DNA of 64,000 nt, taken from the NCBI GenBank assembly GCA_963709345.1, contig CAVPVX010000011.1, positions 96,001 through 160,000 of the forward strand, in the 5' to 3' direction. How positions within the stretch are numbered: the first letter of the stretch is position 1; each line of letters begins with the position of its first letter. Shown here piece by piece: positions 9,405-19,154 of the stretch. The position numbers were made by a program, and so were the translations under genes. This DNA is from an uncultured Actinomycetes bacterium. GTDB taxonomy: Bacteria > Actinomycetota > Thermoleophilia > UBA2241. The notes under the pieces are model-generated. The model was given only the letters and a program-made list of their open reading frames with translations, had not been told where the DNA came from and ran no database searches.

Positions 9405-11054
9405 ATGCAGGTACGAGACGTCATGGGGGCGGTCGACCGCCTCGCCCCGTTCGTCCTCGCCGAGCCCTGGGACCATGTAGGGCTGCAGGTGGGGGCGCCG
9501 GGCGACGAGCTGGCGCCGCCGGGCGCTCCCGGCGCCGTGCCCGTCGTGCTCGTCACCCTCGAGGTGGACGACGCCGCGCTGGACGAGGCCGCGCGCCTCG
9601 GCTGCCGGCTCATCGTCGGCCACCACCCGCTCATCTTCGACCCGCTCGAGCGGCTCTCGGACGACAGCCTCGCCGGCCGCCTCGCGCTGCGCGCGGCGCG
9701 CGAGGGCGTCGCCGTGATCGCCGCGCACACCAACCTCGACAAGGCTCGCGGAGGCATCGCCGACGTGGTCGCGGCGATGCTGGGGCTCGAGGCGGCGGCG
9801 CCGCTGGCGCCGGCCGCCGCCGACTCCCTCAAGCTCGTCGGCTTCGTCCCTGCCGACGACGCCGACCTCGTGCGCAAGGCGCTCTTCGCCGCGGGCGCCG
9901 GCGTCATCGGCGAGTACGAGCACTGCTCGTGGTCGGTCGCGGGTCAGGGCACCTTCTTCGGCCGCGAGGGCACCGACCCCGCGCTCGGACGGGCCGGCCG
10001 CGACGAGAGCGTCGACGAGCTGCGCCTCGAGGTCGTGTTCCCGAGGGGGCTGCGCCGCCGCGTCACCGGCGCCTACGTGGCCGCGCACCCGTACGAGGAG
10101 CCGGCCTTCGACGTCGTGCCGCTCGAGAACGAGGTCGCGACGCTCGGCCTCGGCCGCCTCGGCGCGCTCCCGGCCGCGAGGCCGCTGGCGGCGTTCGCCG
10201 CCGAGGTCGCGGCCGTGCTGCGTCTGCCGTCTGTCCGCTTCGCCGGGGAGTCGGAGCGGCCCGTCCGGCGTGTCGCCGTGCTGCCCGGCTCGGGGGCCGA
10301 GGCCATCGCCCGCGGCGTCGCCCAGGTCGCCGACGTGCTCGTCACCGGCGACGTCAAGTACCACGAGGCGCGCGCTGCGCAGGCGCAGGGCCTGGCCCTC
10401 ATCGACGCGCCTCACGGCGTCTGCGAGCAGGAGGGCGTGCTGCGCTGGGCCGAGAAGCTGGCAGACGCGCTCGGCCCCGCCGCGAACGTCGAGACCTACA
10501 GGAATCCATTCGTGCGCCTGTGGGCGGATGCCGCCGTGACGGGCAGCGAGCCGATGCCCGAGCCGGCCGGCGCTCCTCCCGCAGCCGCCGCGGGCGCGCC
10601 GGCGAGCCCGGCGCCCGAGCCGTCCGCCGTCCGCTCCGTCAATCGCGACGACGACCGCCACCACCTCTACACGGACGGCGGCGCGCGCGGCAATCCCGGC
10701 CCTGCCGGGATCGGGGCGCGCCTTCTCACCGCCGCCGGTGACGTGGTGGAGGATCTCGCCGACTCCATCGGCACGGCGACCAACAACGTGGCCGAGTACG
10801 AGGCGCTCATCGCCGGGCTCGAGATGGCTCTGGATCGCGGCGTCGAACGCCTCGACGTGTTCCTCGACAGCGAGCTCGTCGTGCGTCAGGTGAGCGGCCA
10901 GTACAAGGTCAAGGACGCAGGCCTGAAGCCGCTGCACGCGCAGGCCTGCGCGCTCCTCAGCAAGTTCCACGAAGTCGACGTCAAGCACGTGCGGCGCGAG
11001 CAGAACGCCGCCGCCGACGCCCTCGTCAACCAGGCGATCGACGCCGCGCGCTGA
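9405..11054 (+). CDS. NIF3/YqfO-like metal-centre protein (with PII-like insertion) fused to a C-terminal RNase HI domain
   Basis: EPWDHVGL, GHHPLIF, AAHTNLD, HPYEEPAFD, VTGDVKYH; Pro/Ala linker; then LYTDGGARGNPGPAG, TNNVAEYEAL, DSELVVRQ, REQNAAADAL. Confidence 0.88.
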   Translation: MQVRDVMGAVDRLAPFVLAEPWDHVGLQVGAPGDELAPPGAPGAVPVVLVTLEVDDAALDEAARLGCRLIVGHHPLIFDPLERLSDDSLAGRLALRAAREGVAVIAAHTNLDKARGGIADVVAAMLGLEAAAPLAPAAADSLKLVGFVPADDADLVRKALFAAGAGVIGEYEHCSWSVAGQGTFFGREGTDPALGRAGRDESVDELRLEVVFPRGLRRRVTGAYVAAHPYEEPAFDVVPLENEVATLGLGRLGALPAARPLAAFAAEVAAVLRLPSVRFAGESERPVRRVAVLPGSGAEAIARGVAQVADVLVTGDVKYHEARAAQAQGLALIDAPHGVCEQEGVLRWAEKLADALGPAANVETYRNPFVRLWADAAVTGSEPMPEPAGAPPAAAAGAPASPAPEPSAVRSVNRDDDRHHLYTDGGARGNPGPAGIGARLLTAAGDVVEDLADSIGTATNNVAEYEALIAGLEMALDRGVERLDVFLDSELVVRQVSGQYKVKDAGLKPLHAQACALLSKFHEVDVKHVRREQNAAADALVNQAIDAAR

Positions 11055-11088
11055 GGCGCGTCGCGGTGGGTCACCCGGACGCGCGGAC

Positions 11089-12216
11089 CTACAGCACCGT
11101 GTCGAGCGCCTCCTCGAGGTAGGCCACGGTACGGTCGGCGTCGTGGAGCTTGTCGAGGCCGAAGAGGCCCAGGCGGAAGCTCTTGTAGTCCGCCGGCTCA
11201 TCGCATTGCAGCGGCACGCCGGCGGCGATCTGGAGCCCGGCGGCGGCGAAGCGGGCGCCGCTGCGCAGGTCGTCGTCCTCGGTGTAGACGACGACCACGC
11301 TCGGCGCCTCGAAGCCGGGTGCCGCCACGCTGTTCACGCCCCTGTCGGCGAGGAGAGCACGCACCCTCGCGCCGAGCTCGGCCTGCTCGTCGCGCACCTT
11401 GGCGTATCCGTAGTCGCGGGTCTCGTGCATGACGTCGCGCAGGCGCAGCAGGCCGTCGGTGGGCATGGTCGCGTGGTAGGCGTGGCCGCCCTGCTCGTAG
11501 GCCTGCATGATCTCGAGCCACTTGCGCAGGTCGCAGGCGAAGCTGGTGCTCGTCGTCGAGCCGATCGCCGCCAGCGCCCGCTCACCCAGCATCACGAGCC
11601 CGCAGCAGGGCGACGACGTCCAGCCCTTCTGTGGGGCGCTGATCAGCACGTCGACGTCGCTGGTCTGCATGTCGACCCACATCGCTCCCGAGGCGATGCA
11701 GTCGAGCACGAACAGGCCGCCGACCTCGTGGACGGCGTCGGCGACGGCGCGCATGTAGGCGTCGGGCAGCATCATGCCCGACGACGTCTCCACGTGCGGG
11801 GCGAACACGACATCGGGGCGCTGCGCGCGGATCGCGGCGACGACCTCATCGACCGGCGCAGGCGCAAACGGCGCCTGCGGCCCTTCGTGGACGCGCCGGG
11901 CCTTCAGCACGGTCGCCTCCGACGGGATGTCGCCGGCGGCGAAGATCTGGGTCCAGCGATAGCTGAACCAGCCGTTGCGCACGACGAGACACGACCGGCC
12001 GGTCGCGAACTGGCGGGCGACCGCCTCCATGGCGAAGGTGCCGCTCCCCGGCACGATGGCCACCGCCGCGGCGCCGTAGACGGCCTTGAGCGCCGTCGAG
12101 AGGTCGTTCATGGCCGTCTGGAAGCGCGCCGACATGTGGTTCACGGAGCGGTCGGTGTAGACGACCGAGTACTCGAGAAGCCCTTCGGGATCGGTCTCGG
12201 GCAGCAGGCTGGGCAT
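11089..12216 (-). CDS. Class V aminotransferase (alanine-glyoxylate/serine-pyruvate type)
   Basis: PGSGTFAME, PHVETSSG, LDCIASG, ISAPQKGW (PLP lysine); GAGGAGG RBS before ATG 12216. Confidence 0.88.
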   Translation of the reverse strand: MPSLLPETDPEGLLEYSVVYTDRSVNHMSARFQTAMNDLSTALKAVYGAAAVAIVPGSGTFAMEAVARQFATGRSCLVVRNGWFSYRWTQIFAAGDIPSEATVLKARRVHEGPQAPFAPAPVDEVVAAIRAQRPDVVFAPHVETSSGMMLPDAYMRAVADAVHEVGGLFVLDCIASGAMWVDMQTSDVDVLISAPQKGWTSSPCCGLVMLGERALAAIGSTTSTSFACDLRKWLEIMQAYEQGGHAYHATMPTDGLLRLRDVMHETRDYGYAKVRDEQAELGARVRALLADRGVNSVAAPGFEAPSVVVVYTEDDDLRSGARFAAAGLQIAAGVPLQCDEPADYKSFRLGLFGLDKLHDADRTVAYLEEALDTVL

Positions 12217-12267
12217 CGGTGTCCTCCTCGGTGGACCGCGGATGAGAGCGGGCGCGGTGTCGGTCAT

Positions 12268-12281
12268 CTGGTATGTACCAG
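12268..12281. promoter_or_regulatory. Probable GntR/FadR-type operator upstream of the aminotransferase
   Basis: CTGGTA-TG-TACCAG inverted repeat. Confidence 0.45.
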
Positions 12282-12444
12282 GTGAGTGTAGAGGTTTCGT
12301 CGCGGCGAGTCCACTCGAGATCGCCGCCGTGCCGCTGCGCCGCCGCGCCCACCGGGAGGTCCGCGTGCGGCCCCGCGCCCTCACACGCCCTCGCCCGGAG
12401 GAATTGCGCGCTCCAGCCGCCCTCTGATATCATCCGCGCTTGCT

Positions 12445-12521
12445 GCGGGTGTAGCTCAGTTGGCTAGAGCGTCTGCTTGCCATGCAGAAGGTCGAGGGTT
12501 CGAGTCCCTTCACCCGCTCCA
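12445..12521 (+). tRNA. tRNA-Gly(GCC)
   Basis: GCGGGTG/CACCCGC acceptor, TCTGC-TTGCCAT-GCAGA anticodon arm, GGTTCGAGTCC T-arm, CCA; TGATATCAT extended -10 at 12425. Confidence 0.97.
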
Positions 12522-12603
12522 ATCCCCCCTCGCGGGGCGAGGCAGAGGACAGAAGCCATGTGCTCTGTCGTCTGCCTTTCGTCGTGAGGGGCCGCGCTCG
12601 CCG

Positions 12604-12678
<75 letters not shown>

Positions 12679-12773
12679 ATGAATCTCCTGCAAATGGGCA
12701 TGTTCTCCTCTGGGCCCATTCTCGGATGTCACCGAATGCTGCCATGTGCGCCGACATGCGGCGCCCCTTGGCG

Positions 12774-13280
12774 TCATTTGATCGCGAACACCAGCTCCGC
12801 GATTCGCACCGCTGCCTCCTCCTGCATCGCCGGGATGGCATGTGAGTAGGTGTCGAGCGTGATGGCAATGGTGGCATGCCCGAGGCGCTCGGAGACGACC
12901 TTGGGGTGGATGCTGGCGCGCAGCGCCAGGGTGGCGTGCGTGTGACGCAGGTCGTGGAGGCGGATCACCGGCAGCCGTGAGCGCTTCACCGCCGCGCGGA
13001 AGAAGCGGCTCACGACCTCGGGGTGCCAGGCCTCTCCGTTCTCCTTGGTGAACACCAGCCTGGTGTCCGTCCACTTGTCGCCCTTCTCCACCTGATCGGC
13101 GAGCTGCTGGCCCGCCTGGCGCTTGAGGACCTTGACGGTCTCGGGGTCGAGAGCCACAGACCGGCGGCCTCTCGCCGTCTTCGGCTCGGAGACGACCACG
13201 ACGGCGCCGTTCGGGATCAGGGCGCGTCTCACCGAGATCCGCTCGGCCTCGAGGTCGACGTCTTCCCATCGCAGTCCCGT
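12774..13280 (-). pseudogene. Tyrosine integrase, C-terminal catalytic fragment only
   Basis: GLRWEDVDL...EPKTARGRR...HDLRHTHAT...SERLGH...TLDTYSH; N-terminal domains and the box I RxxE segment are absent. Confidence 0.88.
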
Positions 13281-13294
13281 TCGCGCTTCAGTCT

Positions 13295-14494
13295 TCAATT
13301 CAGCATCGTGATGATCGTCGCGACTATCTCCCCATCGCGCACGACGTGGATCCCGGCGCGGCCGGCAAGCGCATCCCACGACTCTTGGTCGGTCGAGAAC
13401 TCGTACAGCTCGTCGCCAGGCTGCAGCAGGCTCTTCAGTACCTGCCAAAAAGCATGGGTGTCCGATTGGGTGACCCAAATGTGGGCGTCGACGCCCTCGG
13501 TGCCGCTTCCCGGGGCGCGCTGACTCTTCTCCGCCTCGACAACGGTGGTGCGGCGCCAGCGCGAGTAACCCGGGGGAACCGCTTCCTCCCTCGGCAGGCC
13601 GCTTTGGCTCACGTAGGAGGGCGGAAGCGGCGGGAAGGTTTCCCAGCCATCGCCTTCACCGGCGGTCCTCTGCTTGCGCTGTGAGAGTGGCGGCGCAGGA
13701 TGCCCTCCCCACCTGGCCGGCCATTCCCGCTCCCAGGCATCGCACGCGGCGTGGTGCAAAGCTTCTAGAGGGCCAAGTAGGCGGAGCACGGCGTAGTCCT
13801 CTGAGTGCCCCCACACGACGGTGCCGTTCTCGTGCCGCTCCCCGATGGAGTCGCCTCTAGCGATGATCCCTCGCCAGGTCAGGTAGTCCAGGAAGAGCCA
13901 GAGACGCAGGTCGACGAACGTCGCCATGCGCGGGAAGATTGACCGCCGGTGCAGTTCGTCGGTCATATCGGCGAGGTCGCAGCCGAGAACGACGCGGGCA
14001 TACGCCTCGCCGTCAACCGTGCTCGCATACCTCAGCAGGTCATCCAGTGAGGCCAGGTCGCGGTTGGGGCGGATCCACATGTCACGCTCGAGCTCAGCAC
14101 TGGTTCCAGACCCGGGCCCGGGGGCGAACAGGGGTAGTTCATCATTCGGAAAGAACGGGCTCGGCACGGGCACAGCGGGCGGCGCGACCGCCGGTGACGG
14201 CGGCGGAACGTGATGCTCCCAGATGAGCGTCGACAAGCAGTGGAACGGAAGCGGACTTCGGTCCACTCGGCGGACCTCACCGGCGCCGTAGCTGCGCCCC
14301 TTGCGCATGACAACTCGGCAGTCGAGGCACTTCCAGGCCGGACCGACGAGGTGGCAATAGTCGACATTCATGACGAGCCCCGGTGGATCGCCGGGTCGCC
14401 TGGCGTCGTCCGACATGCTGATCACATCGGCTACGCGCGATGAACCGCACGTGGGGCACACGCTCGGTCTGGTCTCGTGCACGTCACTCCTCAC
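13295..14494 (-). CDS. Hypothetical multidomain protein with N-terminal Zn-ribbon (CPTC...CLDC)
   Basis: 399-aa ORF with Pro-rich linkers and a C-terminal LQPGDELYEF...WDALAGRAGIHVVRDG domain. Confidence 0.55.
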   Translation of the reverse strand: MRSDVHETRPSVCPTCGSSRVADVISMSDDARRPGDPPGLVMNVDYCHLVGPAWKCLDCRVVMRKGRSYGAGEVRRVDRSPLPFHCLSTLIWEHHVPPPSPAVAPPAVPVPSPFFPNDELPLFAPGPGSGTSAELERDMWIRPNRDLASLDDLLRYASTVDGEAYARVVLGCDLADMTDELHRRSIFPRMATFVDLRLWLFLDYLTWRGIIARGDSIGERHENGTVVWGHSEDYAVLRLLGPLEALHHAACDAWEREWPARWGGHPAPPLSQRKQRTAGEGDGWETFPPLPPSYVSQSGLPREEAVPPGYSRWRRTTVVEAEKSQRAPGSGTEGVDAHIWVTQSDTHAFWQVLKSLLQPGDELYEFSTDQESWDALAGRAGIHVVRDGEIVATIITMLN

Positions 14495-14694
14495 GTGGGA
14501 TGGCTCGGATCGGCGCCGGGACTACTCCTCGCCGCACCACGCCAGCCACCTTGTCATCGTGGTCTTGGTCGGAAGCGACACCCCTGCGGTGACCTTGTCC
14601 GGCTCCGCAGAAGCACGCTTGCAACTCGTGGAGGCGCGAGAGAAGCCCGCATGGCCGAAGACTAGGCTGCGACGAGGTCGGGGCGCACGAGGAG

Positions 14695-15408
14695 CTAGCT
14701 CGCCATGGCTGCGGCGGCGGCCGGGGCGTCCCCAGGATCCCAAGGCAGCTCGCCGAAGAAGCGGCTTGCCGCCATCGCCATCGCCCCCACCGTGAGGTAA
14801 TTGCCTCCTGCGCCGATGCATGCACCTACCCCGAAGGGGAGAACGTTGCCGAGTGCCACGACGCCGCGGACAGTGCCGTACTTGGAGACCACCGTGCGAC
14901 CGACGGTCCCGTTGACGGCGTGCAGGACCTGCATCGGGATCCGGCGCGTCGCCTTCCTGCCCAAGCCCTTTCCGACCTCGGACGCCATTCGGTCGACGCC
15001 GGTCACGGCGCCGTTGCCGAAGACCAGCATGGCGAACAGCCAAGCCCTCCGCTCCTCGATCGAGGCCTCCCCGTGGCCGTGGATTGCTGCGATCGTCAGT
15101 AGCAGATCGACCATTCTCACGTTGATCCAGCTGAACTCCGCGACTGCCGTCGCCACGGTAGCCGGCACCATGCCAGGAGCGGCGGCGACTCCGCCGCTCA
15201 CTGCTCCGAGCGCCGCCAGCTCGCGCGCGAAAGCCCTGCGTACCTCGGCGACCCGATCTTCAGTAGTTGCTCCATCGGCCGACTCAGCGCGGGCCCTGGC
15301 CGGCTCCCATCGCGCCTCGACGCCCCAGTCGATCGCCTGGATGAGGCTGCGTCGGACAAGCTCGAGCGGTCCGCCGCTGTCCTCAGTCCCGCTGTACTCA
15401 GTAGCCAT
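14695..15408 (-). CDS. EcsC-like protein
   Basis: GAVSGGVAAAPG...IAAIHGH...LPFGVGACIGAGGN; GGAGGT RBS before ATG 15408. Confidence 0.7.
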   Translation of the reverse strand: MATEYSGTEDSGGPLELVRRSLIQAIDWGVEARWEPARARAESADGATTEDRVAEVRRAFARELAALGAVSGGVAAAPGMVPATVATAVAEFSWINVRMVDLLLTIAAIHGHGEASIEERRAWLFAMLVFGNGAVTGVDRMASEVGKGLGRKATRRIPMQVLHAVNGTVGRTVVSKYGTVRGVVALGNVLPFGVGACIGAGGNYLTVGAMAMAASRFFGELPWDPGDAPAAAAAMAS

Positions 15409-15845
15409 CGGGTACCTCCACCCGTCGGTCATTCTCAGCTCCTATGCCCAGAAGGTCGACTGTTGGATCTGGCATGCGCTGACCATGCGCCGCGCATACG
15501 CCGCATCGCGCTGGAGTGGCCTTTGTTCAGGTCGTCGGCAGCGGCCGGCTCTTGCCCTTCAACCGGACGTGCACGTGACCGTGAAGCCATCCGTCGTCGC
15601 CTTCGCTGACGGCTGGACATGCTCCTTGGCGAACCTGCTCGCGGTCTTGGCTGCTGTGAGGACGAACTCCTTGGATGGTCCGAATGGGTTGGTCATCGGG
15701 CTGCCTTTCCCTCTCTAGACGTCAGCGACAGTGCCATGTAGTATGGTGCCGCAGCGGAGAGAATGTCAAACGCGCCACTGTCACTGACATTTACCCAGAC
15801 AAGACCACATCGAGCCGGCATGGACGTGTCTGTCCGGGAGGCGCC

Positions 15846-16530
15846 ATGACAGAGAGCAACTACAGCATCAGGGAGCTCACGGACCTCGCCGACGTGAGTG
15901 AGCGCACCGTGCGGTACTACGTCACGCTCGAGCTGCTTCCGAAACCGGAGGGCCGCGGCCGCTGGAGTCACTATACGGAGGAGCATCTGAGCCGATTGAA
16001 GCTGATCCGCAGGCTTCAGGAAGGACACATGCCTCTCAGCGAGATCGGCGAGTTCATCGAGGCGCTGGATGCTCAGGAAGCCGAGGCGAAGGCCGCCCAG
16101 CGCCGCGGCTTCAGCGAGAAGCTCCGTAGAGGGAAGGGCAAGGACGAGAAGCCCAGGCAGGCGGCACCGGAGCACGAGAAGGACGAAGAGGCGCCGGAGT
16201 CCGTCAGATGAAGAGGCGCAGGAGTCCCCTTGGTGGTCGGTGGACCCGCAGGCGCTCGCCGATTCGCTGCTCCAACAAGTCAGAGGAGCCGCGGCGGGCG
16301 CAGCCGAGTTCCCTTCGCACTTCGTGCCCAAGCGGGAGCGACCCGTCCAGAGCGAGACGGCCGACGTCGGGCAGCGCACGCGGTGGGAGCACATCGTCCT
16401 CGCCCCAGGTGTGGAGCTCAACGTCAAGGTGACCCGGTCGGGCAAACAGAAGGCTGCGGTCGAGGCGCTCGTCGAGCGCGCGCGAGAGCTCTTTCCCGAG
16501 AAGGCGCCGTCGTCCGATGACCGTACGTAG
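15846..16530 (+). CDS. MerR-type HTH regulator, frameshifted near 16205
   Basis: YSIRELTDLADVSERTVRYYVTLELLPKP...RLKLIRRLQ; continues in another frame to RWEHIVLAPGVELNV; GGGAGG RBS. Confidence 0.75.
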
Positions 16531-16618
16531 GGGACTTTCGTCGTCGCGCGGCAGCACTCGACTGACCATCCCATAGGGCGGCAGAGTGGAGGGGTCTGTG
16601 AAACGGGAGCAGCATGTG

Positions 16619-17233
16619 ATGGACGACTCAGATGAGAACAGCTTGGCGCTACTACTGAGAGCTGCGGCCTTCGCGGCCAAGCAGCATCGCTCACAGCGCC
16701 GCAAGAACGCCGAGGAGTCGCCCTACGTCAACCACCCGATCGAAGTCGCCCACGTCCTCGCAAGTACGGGCGGCATCACGGACGTCGTCACTCTCGTTGC
16801 CGCTCTCCTCCACGACACGATTGAGGACACACCGGCGTCAGCGGGCGATCTTGAGAGGGAGTTCGGCGCGCAGGTGCGCAGCCTCGTCGAAGAGGTGACC
16901 GACGACAAGAGTCTCGAGAAGGACAAGCGCAAGGAGCTGCAGATCCTTCACGCTCCTTCTCTGACCACTCGCGCCAAGCAGATCAAGCTCGGCGACAGGA
17001 TCTGCAACGTCGGGGACGTCTTGGACGATCCGCCGGCCGGCTGGGATCTGCAGCGGCGACTTACGTATCTCAGCTGGTCGGCTGCCGTGGCAGAGGGCTG
17101 TCGTGGGGCGAACGAAGCCTTAGAAAGGCGCCTCGACGAGCTGCTGGTCGAGGGTCGCGAGGCGCTCGTCGAGGAGGGAGGCGCAGGATGGGAGAGGAGC
17201 GTCAATCGAGCAGGTCGACCCCGACTGGGTTAG
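16619..17233 (+). CDS. Stand-alone HD-domain (p)ppGpp hydrolase (SAH/Mesh1-like)
   Basis: FAAKQHRSQRRK, PYVNHP, AALLHDTIEDT, EVTDDK, IKLGDRICN; no synthetase domain; start could be 16598. Confidence 0.85.
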   Translation: MDDSDENSLALLLRAAAFAAKQHRSQRRKNAEESPYVNHPIEVAHVLASTGGITDVVTLVAALLHDTIEDTPASAGDLEREFGAQVRSLVEEVTDDKSLEKDKRKELQILHAPSLTTRAKQIKLGDRICNVGDVLDDPPAGWDLQRRLTYLSWSAAVAEGCRGANEALERRLDELLVEGREALVEEGGAGWERSVNRAGRPRLG

Positions 17234-17401
17234 GGCAGCGGGCTGCCCTGATTGACCGCGCTGTCGCCGACGGAGTGCCGACGAGACGCCTCACGACCGC
17301 TCATCACCAACGAGAACCGCCCGGCATCGCGTCTCCTCGGAAACCTGGACCGTGCAGCACAATCGCGTCTAGGTGACTACCGGCGCGCACGGCCGCCTGA
17401 C

Positions 17402-17448
17402 GTCTGCAAAACCTCCATCATCGGTTCAACTCCGATCGCCGCCTCCAA
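17402..17448 (+). repeat. Distal att copy: duplicated 3' half of tRNA-Cys
   Basis: GTCTGCAAAACCTCCATCATCGGTTCAACTCCGATCGCCGCCTCCAA identical to 12633-12679. Confidence 0.95.
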
Positions 17449-17569
17449 CGATGTCCCTGCATCTGGGCCCTTTCTGGTTCTCACCGTGCGCTCATTTTCT
17501 TCCGAATCGGCAGGACTGCCGTCATTCGGCCGACGAGACTCCGGACTACGCGCGGATATGGGACGGGAC

Positions 17570-17856
17570 GCGCCACTACGCGAAGCTGCGTGGCTCGATC
17601 ATCCTCACGAGCAACAAGACCTTCGCCGGGATGGGTCAGGTCTTCGGCGACGAGGTGCTCGCCTCGGCGATCCTCGACCGTCTGCTGCACCACGCCGAGG
17701 TGATCTCGATCAACGGACCGTCCTACCGGCTCAAGAGACTGCATGCTCGAGCAGAGAGAAGGAGGTGATGGCCGCCTGAGCTGAACCCGTACGCACCTGC
17801 TCTCAAGCGACACGCTTTGTCGTACGCGGAGCGACATGATTGCTTGACCGCCGACA
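17570..17856 (+). mobile_element. istB: IS21-family remnant: istB 3' end and probable right end
   Basis: GSIILTSNKTF...FGDEVLASAILDRLLHHAEVISINGPSYRLK; ends in ...TTGACCGCCGACA with internal AGCGACA repeats. Confidence 0.8.
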
Positions 17857-18139
17857 CGTGGCGATGGACACCGAATGATGTCCCTCCATGAACAGCGAAT
17901 CATGCAGGGAGGCGAGGCCTCGCTGCTCTGCCATAAGGTGTGTCTCTTGGAGGACATCGCCGTCGCCGGGACCCTGGTCTACGCCGTGGGCCCCCAGACG
18001 ATGGATCACGGCGTCGTCGTCGACTTCCTCACGCTCGCCGTCGAGCGCTCAGTCGGAGGGGCGCCGCGGCCGGCACTGGATGCGGCGCCCCGCCCGCCCG
18101 GGCAGCCGCACGGCTGCTTTCCTCCCGCTCCGCGTTCAT

Positions 18140-18202
18140 CTTCTTGTCACAGAGTCCTCACCGGACCTTGACAAGAAGGCACATGATCATAAGATGTGAT
18201 CA
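18140..18202 (+). promoter_or_regulatory. Promoter/operator region of the DeoR operon
   Basis: TTGACA (18168-18173), 16 bp, TAAGAT (18190-18195); inverted repeat CTTCTTGTCA/TGACAAGAAG (18140-18149, 18169-18178); TGATCA on both sides of the -10. Confidence 0.7.
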
Positions 18203-18290
18203 TCTCTGACCGAGCGTGTCTGTTCATGATCGGTCAGGCACGAGGGAGAACGCCGGGGAGGCTTCGCTGATCGTGTCGGACGTTCGAGAG

Positions 18291-19052
18291 ATGCTACCCG
18301 CCGAGAGGCGCTCGCGCATCGTTGCCGCGCTCAAGGCGCGCCGCGCCGTGCGCGTCAACGACCTGAGCGAAGACCTGGGCGTCTCCGAGATCACCATTCG
18401 TCGCGACCTCGTGCTGCTGGAGAAGGAAGGCGTACTCAAGCGCACCTACGGGGGCGCCGTGACGCGGCGGCAGGTGACGACGGAGCCGGACTACGAAGAG
18501 AGCGTCGCGACGAACGCGCCGGAGAAGGACCGCATCGCCAGGATCGCCGCGGCCATGATCGAGCCGCGCGACACCGTGTTTCTCGGCTCGGGCACCACCG
18601 TGGCGCAGATGCTGCGCCACCTCGACCTGGATCTCGAGGCGCGCATCGTGACGCATAACCTGGCCGCGGCTCTCGAGGCGCGCGGGCCCCGTCTCGAGTT
18701 CGTCTTCCTCGGCGGTCTGTACCGGCCGCATCTGGGAGCCGTCGAGGGTTCGTGGTCGCTGGACATGCTCGCGCAGTTCAACGCCGACAGGACGTTCCTC
18801 GGGGCGGATTGCCTGGACGTGAGCGCCGGTCTCACGACGCCGGGCCTCGCCGTCGCCGATCTGGAGTTGGCCATGATCCGGCGCACGCGCGGTGAGGTCA
18901 TCGTGCTGGCCGACAGCAGCAAGATCGGGCTGGTCGGCCCGGTCGTCATCTGCCCGCTCGACCAGATCGACGTCGTCGTGGTCGACGCCGGGGTCAGTCC
19001 GGAGATCTGCCATGAGATCGAGCGCGCCGGGCCGCAGTGCGAGGTGGTCTGA
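18291..19052 (+). CDS. DeoR/GlpR family transcriptional regulator
   Basis: MLPAERRSRI...VSEITIRRDL...RTYGGA, VFLGSGTT, LADSSKIG. Confidence 0.92.
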   Translation: MLPAERRSRIVAALKARRAVRVNDLSEDLGVSEITIRRDLVLLEKEGVLKRTYGGAVTRRQVTTEPDYEESVATNAPEKDRIARIAAAMIEPRDTVFLGSGTTVAQMLRHLDLDLEARIVTHNLAAALEARGPRLEFVFLGGLYRPHLGAVEGSWSLDMLAQFNADRTFLGADCLDVSAGLTTPGLAVADLELAMIRRTRGEVIVLADSSKIGLVGPVVICPLDQIDVVVVDAGVSPEICHEIERAGPQCEVV

Positions 19053-19154
19053 GCACCCCATGAGTACAGCGAACGCCATAGAACACGGCAGGCGTGCGCG
19101 GCGGAGCCGCGCCGGCCGCGCGCCGGCCGTGACGACCTCATCGTCGACGAAAGG

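Noticed and set aside
17402-17448. Possible second tRNA-Cys gene
   Set aside because: Only the 3' half is present; it is an att duplication.
17875-18171. Short ORFs between the IS21 remnant and the DeoR promoter, likewise 46600-46860 and 53400-53850
   Set aside because: No recognisable motifs or convincing starts; probably degraded sequence.
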